Part shown: positions 27,501-39,500 of the stretch, in pieces
How the letters are laid out: the number at the start of each line of letters is the position of its first letter
How positions within the stretch are numbered: the first letter of the stretch is position 1
Assembly (NCBI GenBank): GCA_023265625.1
Contig: JAHFST010000001.1
Coordinates: 97,265-161,264, forward strand
Reading direction: 5' to 3'
DNA length: 64,000 nt
DNA from: Deltaproteobacteria bacterium
GTDB taxonomy: Bacteria > UBA10199 > JACPAL01 > JAHFST01
Program-made: the position numbers and the translations under genes
Notes under the pieces: generated by a model
The model's input: only the letters and a program-made list of their open reading frames with translations
Database searches by the model: none
Told to the model about the DNA's origin: nothing

Positions 27501-30500
27501 CACGGGGGAGGGGACCATCGTGCTGTCGATTTGGAAGACATTCGTGTCACAAGAGGTCCCAACGATCTGGGTTGTGTAGCCCTTTTTGTCCGGAAGATTC
27601 GCGATGACAGATAGGTCAGGTTTGTTAGGGTCAACCTTCACATCCATCCCAGCAGCTAGATCGATGCAGAGAGGGCCGATGCAATTCTGTGCTTTCAGGG
27701 TTCCTTTTACTGGGGCCTTTGGTTCGTCTTCGTATTTTACGTACCGCATCAGGCACTGGTAGTTCTTGCTGTCCTGGGTGAACTTCTTCAGTTTGAAGCC
27801 ACCCCAGATTCGGGTTGAGGCCGGTAGCGTCAGGCCCTGCTCATGGTACTCATAAGACTCCTGCACATCGTTCCCTTGCAGAACGATCACATCGTAGGGC
27901 TGTTTGGTGCATGGGGTTTTGCAGGACTCGTAGGATTGTCGACAACTCGACTGCCAGGAAAAGGGACAGGAAATTCGGTCTTCAGTGCACTTTTGCTGGC
28001 AGGGCGCCGCTGCCGTCTGACAAAGTCCCGTTGGACTGTTGAGGCAGGCACCGAAGGCATTGTTGCAGCCTTTTAGGCACGGATAATACGTATCCGCGTA
28101 ACACGTCTTTAGCCCTGACGACAGGGGATCATTGGTGTCAGCGCACTCCTTTTTCATCGGTTGACAGGCCTTGTCACAGGTCTCCTTTGCCTGATCGCAG
28201 GTTGTTGACAGGAATTTGAGGCTGATATCCTTGCACTCTGGTTGATTGGCGCAGTTCTCTGTTTTACAGGTTGACTCCACGACATCGCAGGTGCCTGAGG
28301 TGCCAGCCTTGCAGCCCTCATATTTTCCATCGCAGTTTTGCTGGATCGCCTCGCAGAGGAAGGGGGGGGCATTGTTTTTCTGACGCTGTGTGATTTTGTC
28401 CAACGCATCCTTGAGACTATGGAACGGATTTCCGAGGGAGCCCAATGGTTCGGTAATATCCACTGCCTTATTGTAAGAGTTGTCCACTATGTCCAGCTTA
28501 TCGGGAATAATTTTGTCGATGAGACATCCGATGCCGACACAAGGAACGACCGCTTTTATCGGTGGTTTTGCGGTCACAAAGAAGGTGGTGCGCAGATTAG
28601 TCGGGATACCTTCCTGCAGGAGGACATTGTTGAGTATCTCCGCATGGGTCGGGTCCCAGACGGCATAATCCAACTTCCCATCCTTGTCGGCATCATATCC
28701 ATCCGGCTTATCATCATAGTTTGTGTCGAGGGTAGGGGGACAGGAGATAATCGCACACTTATTGTTGTTGATATCATAAACCTGTCCAGCGGGACAGGTG
28801 ATCTTGGCGGGATCTGTGCAGGTGCCGCTGTAGCAGACGGAACCACTGCTACAATCGTCCTTCTTGGTGCAGCCGGATTCCCCCGGAGACATTTTGCATA
28901 CCCCGAATTCGCAAATACCGGACTGACATTCCTTGGTTGCCTGGCAGGAGCTTCCCGCTGGTGACCCTGGGGGACATTGATCCGTCGCGTCCTTGGGACA
29001 CTTGTCTTCACTATCGGGGATCCCATCCCCGTCGGTGTCAATCCCGTTGGTGCAGGACCCACTGGTACAGGTTTGGCTTGGGGCACACTCAGAGACGGCC
29101 GTGCAGACCTTCTTTGATTTACCGACCAACTGGAAGCGCCCCTTGACCAGGTTCTGTTTGGCTCCGTTGCTCGTCTCGACCGTCAAGAGGGTATTGAGGG
29201 TGATGGGGGCGTCATAGGGTACGACCAAGGTGGACTGATAACCCTTCTCAGGAGGGGTGCCTAGATCGATGCACGCTGATTGGCCAGAGATTGTGACTGC
29301 GTTGTCACTCATCCCCGGATCTCCTACCTCCAGTGTTGCCGCCTGCGGGCAGACGCTCTTACCGTCTCGGTCAAAGAAGCGGACCTTGTAGAGGTACTCG
29401 CCCTGATTTGCCGTTGGTTCAACGGTCGGATAGGTAAAGTATAATTGGTAGGTGTATATCTGCATAGCCAAGCTGACGTCGATGGAATCGGTCTTGGGAT
29501 TGAGTGGGGAACCACCGCCGTAGCCGTTGTAGTCTCCCAGCAACTCGAGGTCGGGAGATACCCCCTTGCCATAGGAGGGCTGGGCCACCTTCTTCGGATT
29601 CTCCTTGTCTCCCTTATTGACATCGGAGGTGAGGGCCGAGACGTCATAGGGATCAAAGCCACCCTTCTTGGCCTGAGCGTTTTTATCGTCATCGCCGTAG
29701 TTTTTGACACCACCCGGATCGACAATGCCAGTACCGGCTGTAATCGCAGAGTCCGGTGAGAGTGTGGTACCGGCCGGAGACCCATCATCCACGACGAGAT
29801 TGATGGTCCCGGCAAACCCGGTCCAACCGGTCTTAACTTTATTGATGGGGATGATGGCCAGATCGACCATCCCGGTGGCGCCCCCCGAGTAGCCCCCGGC
29901 CACCACTAGTTGCTTGTTCGTACTATTGGGGATGAGTATTGCGTTGGCGCTTGGATTGCTGATCCCGGCGACGGGTATTGCCTTTGTGGTGTCAAACTCC
30001 ACGACGCTGGAATCATAGTTGATGGTAAACCCAAAGGTCTTGAGGGGTTTGTCCCCGACGTTGGCCCGGAAGGTGATATTTGGACCGTTTCCATTAGGGA
30101 TGACCGGGACAAAGCGGCCCGTTAAGGGACCCAGATCGAGATCGCCCACGTTGGCGTTCATGTTGACAGCGGCATGGTAGGTCAAGCTCTTGCTACCCAC
30201 AGAGAAGGTCAGTTTCACCGCCCCGTTTTTCTTTGGGGTGAGTTGCAATTGATCTGGTGGAAGGTTGGGGACCTCGGCGGATGGAGCGAGGGCAGGTCCA
30301 TCGTAGGCAGGCAGCGCCAGTTCGTCAATCTTTGTCGTCAGTAAGGATGTTTTGAAGGCGTTCCCATCCCCAGAGGTCAGGATCATTCGAGTCCCATCGG
30401 TGAATTTTCCAACGACCGTTAGGGGGTAGGAGGACTCGGCGACCCCGGAAAGGGTGGTGTCGAAGGCGACATCACCATTTGTTACTGGGAGCGATTCGTT

Positions 30501-33500
30501 GTCGAATCCCTGGAAGCCCTTTTCCTTGGGAACATTGGCACCCAGGTTGGATGTCTTGCCCCGAATGATGAACCCATCGAGGGTCGTGTTATCAGGCTTG
30601 CCTGGTTCAGGCTTGGTCTGGAAGGCGACCTCTTGCTCTTCAACGGTTAGTCCCAGGGTGGCATTGAGTTCCTTCCCAACGAGGGGTGGGAGAAACTTAA
30701 CTAGAATGTCCCCCGATTGACCCTTACTCCCATCGAGTGCGAAGCTGCCCGGCCATTTTGAATTGGAATTTCCATTGACTGGGATAGGTTCCGTAAAACC
30801 AGCGGGTACGGCGAGACTCGCCTTATCAGTTGGCAATTTGGCGGCCTCGTCTCCCCCAAGAAATATCGAAGACCCATCGGTCCATTGACCCGTGACGACC
30901 AGACGTAGCAATTGTTTCTTGTCATTCTGCCCTTCAATCTTTGAGAGGGTTGTATCCTTTACGGCATTGGCAAAGGTCCCATCCTTGGCAGGATTGTATT
31001 GGGGGAGTTTGGCCGGGTCGTAGTCCTCGTAGGTCTGGAGTGAGATCTTGGTGAGGGTATTCACAGGGAGTTTGCACGTCTGTTTCGGGATCCCCAGATA
31101 GTCGGGCTGGAGCTCAATCGTGACCCAGCCACCATCTGATGGTGGTGGGGTGTCTTGGACCTCCACCGTGTTAGTACTGGCCAAGACCTTGGCCGGTTGA
31201 CCGCTCAGATCCTTTCCGTCAATCGTCTTGATGAGGTTGGCCCCTTCCGTGACGACGTACTTGATCTTCGCTGGGTCCACCACATCCTGCTTCACTCCCT
31301 GTTTCAGAACCAGTGGACTGGTTGTTTTGAGAGCCAAGAGTTTCGCAGAGGCATCCTCGGTGCTGAGTGCCAGGGGATCACAGCCAGTGAGGGTTGCCGC
31401 AGGTGCCGGGATATTGATGGCGACCGTTGCGGCACCCTCTATGCCCTTGCCAAATTTGGCGGAAACATTTGTGGTCTTTTTGCCTGAGGTGGCCGGATGG
31501 ATCATGAGTTGGCCGGAGGCATTGACGTCGACTTTGATCACGGAGGGATCACCGATGGTAAGCAGTGCCGGTTTTTGCTGATAGGCCGTCAGGAAATTTG
31601 CAGTGACGTCATAACGGGAGTTGTCCTTGGTTATGAGCAACAGGGTAAGAGGGGTGCTGTCATCCAGAGAGGTGAAGGTGTTGAAGGCCATGGCCTCCAA
31701 GGTGTTTTTCTGGCTGACGTCGCCGGTCAGGGCCCCGAGGGTTGCGGGTGATTCGGTCTTGGTCATTTTCACGTGGGCTGGGACGACTAGGAGGGATTTA
31801 AAATTCTCACTCTCTGCTGAGACGGTCAGCTCTTTGGCGGCAATGGTTTTGTCTGCAACAACGATGCGGATCTCGGCTTTTCCCGACTCGAACGGGCTGA
31901 TGAGTCCTGCCTCCGTCACCGTGAAGACAGCTTTATCCGGGTTCTTGAAGGTCACATAGGGTGTGAGATCAAGGCGGATCTGGCCGTTATTCCAATAAAG
32001 ATGCGCCTGCACCTTGGGGTAGGCATCGTTCCCGTCCAGGTTGAGACCCTTCAGTTTGGGGATGGTGTCTGTTTTGGAGTCGGTTTCGACGATCAGCTTG
32101 GCCGGGTCTATCGAGGTGACATGGACTTGCATGTTGCCAACCGATTTTCCCGCATAGGTGGCGGTGAGATTGGCATCGCCTTCTGCCTTGGATTTTACCT
32201 CACACTTGACATCTGTCCCGACGGCGGTTGCACCGGACTTGTCTTCACACTTGAGGTTGTTTAGGTCGGCCCCTGTGATGAGGTTCATGCTTCCATCGTT
32301 TTCCACCTTCAATGTCCTGACCACGGTTGTTTGTGGGACACTGGCAGGGAGGACCAGTCCTGGAATCTTATCGTTCGAGAAGAGTTGGCCATTTTCAACA
32401 AATCCCAGGATGCCGCGAACTTCTTTGTTCAGGACGGCGATATTTCCCGTACCCGGTCCGGACTTATCGGCAATGAGTAGGGGTTGTTTCTCTCCCGAGA
32501 GCGACTTCTGTGCCGGATCGGTGTAGTACAACTGATTGGGTGTTCCTGAAATTGCGGTCGTCGCCGGGAGCGGTGTGGCTGTGGATTTAACCCGGAGGTG
32601 GAGGGTCGCGACTTTTTCTTTATTCGATGAGATCAGGAGATTGCCTGTGGCTGCGGAGGTGAAGGTGATCGGGGTGTTGAGGCTGATACCCTCAATGTCC
32701 CCGAAGCCTGTCGCAACCTCGATGGGTTTGGTTGCCTTCGGATCAAATTCGATCATGGTGCCATCAAATTTGATTTCAAACTGGAATGCTTGGAGACCCT
32801 TGCCCCCCGTATTAACGAAGAGGTCGGCAGCGAAGGATTCACCGGCTGTGAGGGGACGCTTGGGTAGTTGAATCCCAGCCTGGCCAGCGGTCAATTGCAG
32901 GTCCCCAACGATCCCCTTGAGGGTGATGTTTGCCGGGTCACCCGATGCTTGCAGGCTGTTCCCGTCGAGTTTTAACTTGACCGAGACCATTTTATCCAAA
33001 CCTGGTTCAAAGAGGGAGGGATCGAATTTGATGTCGCCACTGTAGATCCCCGGTTGTTGAGTCACACTGAGGGGGTTCGAGAAGAGGGTATTGCTATCCT
33101 TGGTGATTTCAGCCTCAGGGAGTAACCCACCCTGGTAAGGTCGGCCATAATCGTCGGTTACCAGGGCAAAGACCTTGACGGTGGGCAGATCGGAGTAGAC
33201 GTCGCCACGGGCCAGGATCACCTGGGCCCGGGTGGCGGCGCTATTCAGTTTGATCTCCAAGGGCTTGCTGTCTGCGACATTGCCACCTGCGCTGGCCTTG
33301 ACGGACACAGTCCCGGGTAAGGCCAGGTCTTCGAGGAGTCCCTGGTAGGTCCCGCCTTTGCCGGCTTCCTGCCACCAGAGTCCATCCCAGAAACCGCCGA
33401 CGAAACCGTCGGTTCGGCTTGGGGTAAAGGAAACATGTGCCCCACTGACCGGGAGGGCACCCTCTAGGAGATTACCCAAAATCTTGATGGTGACTGGAAG

Positions 33501-36500
33501 GGTGGACTGCTGAGCTTGAGCGTCCTTGGCGATGAAATTAAGATGGTAGGTTGTTCCTTCAGGCGCCCCCGTGGTGTTCCAATTAAATTGACCTGTCGAT
33601 GGGACAAAGGCTGTGTCTGGGACCTTGTTCGTGTCGCTTGCAACCTCGTTCCAAGAGAGGCCGGCATTACCCGCCGCCACCTGGAAGGAAACGATGGCCC
33701 CTGCGGCGACCTCGTAGCTGGTCTGGGTGGGCGAGGTGAAGACGGGGAGTTGATTCTTGATTGTCGCATCCGGGCAGAAGCCGTCCACCGGTGGTTTTTG
33801 ATCCGGGCAGGAGGCAGCCATGCAATTGGGTGGTTGCGCAGCATCACAACATTGATTTGCATCGTAAGTCTTGTCGGCAGGGCAGCTGGTGGGTATGCAA
33901 CCGGCCTTGCCAGCGACGACCTTGCAGGTGGTTCCGTTACAGGTGATTAAGGAACAGTCTTCGGGGGGCTGGCAGCTGCTTCCATCAGCGTTGCAGCACT
34001 GCTTATTGATCGGGTCAAACTGCATGGCCTCCGGGCAGGTATCATTTTTTTTGCATTGTTTGGTGTCAGGCTGGTAGGTGGTGTCTATCGGACAGGTGCC
34101 GCAGTAGTCGAAGAGACCGTCGGTTGGGATGCTGTTGTCGATGGGATTCAGGCCCCCCTGACAGCCTGTTGGATCCTTGCTGCAGTCACCGCTGGCATCA
34201 CAACACTTGGTGGCCTGTCCGGCCGCCCCTTTGCATGTCAGCCCCACATCACACACGATTCCGTAACAATAGTCGACGGCCTCTGGATTGATGGTGACCT
34301 TTTTGACCGGACCTGAGCTTAGGTATTCTTCCATCCAAAGATTTTTTCCTTGGGCGTCAAATTGACTGATCCTGACCTTGACGTTGAGTGTGGGCAATTT
34401 GGGATTGAGATCCGATTTGATAAATTCGTAGACCCCTTGTGCCGTGTCCGCTGTCCCCACCAGCTTTGCCTCGACCGTCTGCTTCAAGTCTTCGAGGATA
34501 AACTCCACCTTGATATTTTTGTTGATCGATTTCGAGGGTTTTGCGCCGGGGCCGCTTACCGTAGCCGTCAAACGAATGGTGCCGAGGTTATTCTGATAGG
34601 GGTATTGAGCGTCAACATCGACCCACAAGGCATTCCCCACCAGGATCTTTTGCAGGTATGACGTGTCGTTCGAATCGACGGCTCCGTTAAAATCGGCGTC
34701 GGCATCGTAGAGGGGAAATTTTTCCGGGGTGACACTGTTGGTCACGATGGCGTTTTGGAGGCTCTGGATGTCATCGGAGGAGAAGCCTTCGATACTGTTC
34801 ATATCCGCTCGCCACCCGCCCGGTGGGTCCATTTCGCCCATCCCGGCGACAATCGGTCGTCCCTCCACGGGGATTGCTGCGCCGATGGGGTTGTTATCCG
34901 GATCATAGAGGGCCTTGATGATCCCTGACAGCTTGGTGACCTGTTTTTCTTGCTTGGTCGGGATGAATTTGATCTGAGCAATCTCCAAGAGGCCTTGTTT
35001 TTTGTTGAGCCCACCGGAGAAGGTGCTGACGATCTTGATGGTTCCAGTATCGGGGTCGGCACCCGGTGTGAAGGTGTAAGCGGAATTTTGGAGATCCTTC
35101 CCAGGGAGGATGGAATTACCAGGTTTGCTATAATCGGCGATCTTGAGAACGTCCTTATCGTATAGGATCTGGATCTCAAAGTTCCCGAGCGGTGTTTTGT
35201 CGGTATTAACCCGAACGGGCAGCGTAAATTCGCCGCCGGACTGGTCGGGGAAGGGGACTCCCAATTCTGGGCCGATGTCGATATCGCCCACGGTGGGGGT
35301 CTCGTTGATGGCCAGCTTGAGTTCCTCTTTGGTATCCAAGGTGAGTTTGTTGCTTGGATTGATGTTGGCACTGAGCTTGACGGCGCCATTTTCGTGTGCG
35401 GTGAGTGTCAGTTTGTTGTTGGCCTCACTCAAGGTGGCAAAGTCCTTCAATTGATACTGATTAGGGGGGCCGGTCTTCAGATCACCGGCCGTGACATCCA
35501 GGAGCCCCGGGACTTCGATGGTTCCATCGTCACTACGGACCAAGAGGGCCTGGGTAGCGTCCTTGTCATACTTGGTAATAATGTTGACGAAGTGTGGACT
35601 TTCATCGGAGGCGCTCAAGGTCTTATCGGTCAGGGGAGTGACCTTGCTATTGCCCGCGGTGAATTCGTTGCTTTGAATGTGGAGCTCACTGATGTCGTCC
35701 GGTATGGGATCGATTGTGAGCTCCAGGGACTTTTTCTTGTTATCGTAACCTTGCCAACCCAAGGCAATGGTGGCCTTGTTTTCATTCGTATCCGGGATGC
35801 CGCGCACAAACATCCTCGGTTTGTTGAGGGTTGCCCCACCGGTCACATCCAACTGGAGTGACACGTTGTCCTTGAAGGGGGTGAGGTCGAGGCTGTCACC
35901 GTCGGTCAGAATAGCCTTCGCCCAGAGCCGGACCCATTGGTAGGCGCTGGATTTGGCGATCTTGTGCAAGGTTGTTTTCGCTGGTGCGTTGTCATTCTCG
36001 GGGTAGGGGGCGAGGGTCTTGAGCTCAAACCCTTGGAGTGTCACAATATCAATAGTCAATTTACGAGCCAGTCCCATAGCCTTGATGTTTAGGGTGGCGG
36101 AACCGCTATTTTTGGCTCCCTGATTCATCATCAGGGTCAGCGCTCCGTTAAGATCGATAAAAAATTTCGGGCTACTGACATTGGGTAAGGCGCTCATGGT
36201 AGGTTCGGCCTGCTCGGTGACATCGATTTCCTTGGATCCAAATTTGGCAAAGATCTTGAAGCTTTCTTTGGTGGAGTACTGTTTGAGGATTGTTACAGGA
36301 TCATTCGGCGACAGGGCCAGTTTTAGATTTTTTCCTACCGGAATGATCTCGTTCGTTGGGACCTTTTTCAGGATTAGCTCTCCAGCGGGAGGGATGACCT
36401 CGACCAAGGTGTCACTATCCGTGGCAATTATTTTTGTTGGGTCGTTCTGGTCCGGCAGCTCCGCCTTCAGGTGGACTTTGCCTGGCAGGGTGGAGCTTAC

Positions 36501-39500
36501 CTTTGTTCCTTCGATTGTTACCACCCCCGCCGTTTCACCGTCTTTGGGTGTGATTGTGATCTTCCCTGAGGTGACAAGTTCCGTCAGGTCCTGAGGGGTA
36601 TCTTTCGGATCATTGGTCAGTCCCAGGACCCGGAGCGTGGTACTTTGGCCGATATTGGAGAACACCGTTGTCACCTTGGAGCTCAAGTTCTTTTGGGTGG
36701 CATCCTTGCCGTCGCTCAAGGAGCTGCCCACCGAGGCCGGGACGACGAGGTTGAGTTCGGTTATGGTTTTTTCGGCGGCGCCCACCGTGACATAGAACCC
36801 GGCACCCAGGCCGGCGACGGGATTCTTCATTGCGATGATGGATTTGCTGGAGGGTGTGGTCGCGTCAGGTGCCCAGAGCAGGTGGTTGGGCTTGTCAATC
36901 TTCACCACGCCTTCTTTGAGGATGTCCTCCGAATCCATGCTCTCCAGCTCGACCTGGTCTGTCAGGTCCCGAATGGTTCCATCATCGTAAGAGGCTTCGA
37001 CATGGTAAGGGCTCTTCTGGAAAGGTGTCCCAGGAAGATTGCTGATCTTGTCGAGATCCTGATCGGCAATCTTGAGTTGGAGGTCTTTGACGGGGTGGAC
37101 AATGGTGGTGGTTGTGGCGGAGCAGCCACCGCAATCCGGATGAGTGATGGTGAACTGAGCTGTTTGAACATCGACAACTCCCTTCTGCTTAACGGTATGG
37201 AAAGACAATGGTGCCGCGTCTGGTTGCATCGCAGTTGACGGGGTTATGGCCACTGCATCTTTGAGATCCACCAGTGTGCCATTTTCACTCAAGCCTTTGA
37301 CAATGATATTGAAGCTTGCCGGATTTACATCATCGTAGATCACCGGCCGCGAACTCCAGGCGAAGAGTTTGGTGAGGACGGCTTTCTTGATCGTAACCGA
37401 GGCTTGGCCCTCTTGGAATCCGTTTTTATCACGAACCTTCATGGCGGTTTCTTGCGCGAAGATGGGGGTGTTGCCCGTTAGTATCTTTTCGTACAGGCTG
37501 GTCACCTTTCCGGAGAGGGTGGTATCGAGTGTCGCCAGATCCATGGCCTTGGGACGGAAGGTGATCTCTGCCAAGGTGATGGCGGGATCTTTCAGATTCA
37601 AGGTGTGCGCGGTAAAGCCGACGTAGCCCACGGTCTTGGGTTGGAATTGCAATTCTTGTGAGCTATTGTCAGTAGAGTTGGGTAGTTTGGTCGCAAGCTT
37701 GATGAAATCAAACTTAGCTTTGTCGAAATCAACCTGAGCCTTGAAGTTGTCGATCGTCTTGCCGGCGGGATTTAACAAGATCACCGGCACCGTGAATTCC
37801 TGTCCGGCGAAGTTGCTTGTCGTTGGGAAGACAGGGCCGAAGGGGGTCTCAAAATAGACACAGGTCTTGCCTCCACAATCAGGTTTTGCCGGTTGCTTCT
37901 TGGTGGTGATGTCCGCGGTCTTGTTGGGGATATTGATGTTGAACGTCAGTTTTCCATCGCCATTCGGCAGGTTGAATTGATCGCTTTGTGGATCGACTGA
38001 TAAGAGTGATGGACCGAACCCTGATGGATCGGTCGTCAAGAACAGTGGTTGGCCCCCTATGACATTGGCTGGAATCACCTTCCCTTTGCCGACCGGTTGT
38101 TGATTGCCGCCGAAAAATTGAGTCACGAGCGGGGTCGACAAGATATTTTGATACAGGGTGTTGCGGCTCACACCCAACTCGACGCTCGCAGGGTCCGGGG
38201 AGATGGCATATTCCTGGGCGATGGAATTGGGGCCGCCTATCACGGTGGCGCCGGCCTTCCCCATCCCCGCGGGGACGAGGTTGATGACCTGACTGGCGTA
38301 TGTACCATCGTTATTATCGCTAACGAGACCGGAGGATTCGCCGACCAGGTCCACCCCTTGGGCCGCCTCGATCTTGTTGGTGCCGGTCGTCAGCTTGGCC
38401 CCCTTGACCGGCTCGCCTGAGATTGTGTTATCACAGACGTCGCCGATGTTATCAACATCGCCATCCAACTGATCGGCGTTGGCATTTTGAGGACAGTTGT
38501 CCTTGGGGTCGGTGACACCGTCCTTATCGGTATCGAGACCCAGCATGCACTGGCCGGAGTTTTCAGCAGGTTTTAGGTTGCAGACTTGATCCTTGGGGCA
38601 TTGGCTGTCATCTTTACAAACGGTATTTTGGTCGCAGGCATCGCCGATACCGTCTTGATCCGAGTCCTGTTGTTTGTCGTTGAAGACGTAGGGACAATTA
38701 TCGCAGAGATCCCCCAGGCCATCTTGGTCTATGTCCGCCTGATCCGGATTGGCAATCTGAGGACAGTTGTCCGTAAAATCTGGGATCTTGTCCTGATCAT
38801 AATCTTTGACGCCGCAGGCGTCCCCAACCCCGTCTCCGTCCGAATCCATTTGGTCAGGATTGGCAACCTTTGCACAATTATCACAGGGGTCACCGATGCC
38901 ATCTTTGTCTTCGTCCGCCTGATCCGGATTTTTCTGTGCGACACAGTTATCCGTGCTGTTGGAAAATCCATCTCCGTCGGTGTCAAGGACGCAGGCCATC
39001 TTCTGCGGATCATTCACCTCACCGGCTGCACATTGATAACAGAAACCTTTATCCGTGTTGCACTGGCTTCCGACGGCGCAATCTAACGGGACGTTGCAAG
39101 TCGGTTTGCAACCCTTCACACTGAGGTCGCATTTCTGCTTGGCACCGCATTGGGTGTCCTGCGTGCACGAGGGTCCATTCTTGCCGGGGATGGTGATCGT
39201 TTGCCCAAAGTCAAATGAGGATACACCGTTGGCCATGGTGGAATCGACATGGACTGTGAAGGGCACTATCTTGTCGTTATCGAGATTGTCCGGCAGGGGG
39301 ATTATTTTTTCACCGCTGATGGCATCGAAGTTTGTTGAATCGAGAGTGATCCCGTTTAAAAATTGAATGAAGTTGTCACCGGTGCTGAAGGTCAGTTTGA
39401 CGTTGTCCGGGACCTTGTTTTCCGTGTTGGCGACGACCACTTTTAGGGTGTTGTTACCGGGTAGCCCCTTGATGACATCCGCGGTGACAAAGTGATAGGC

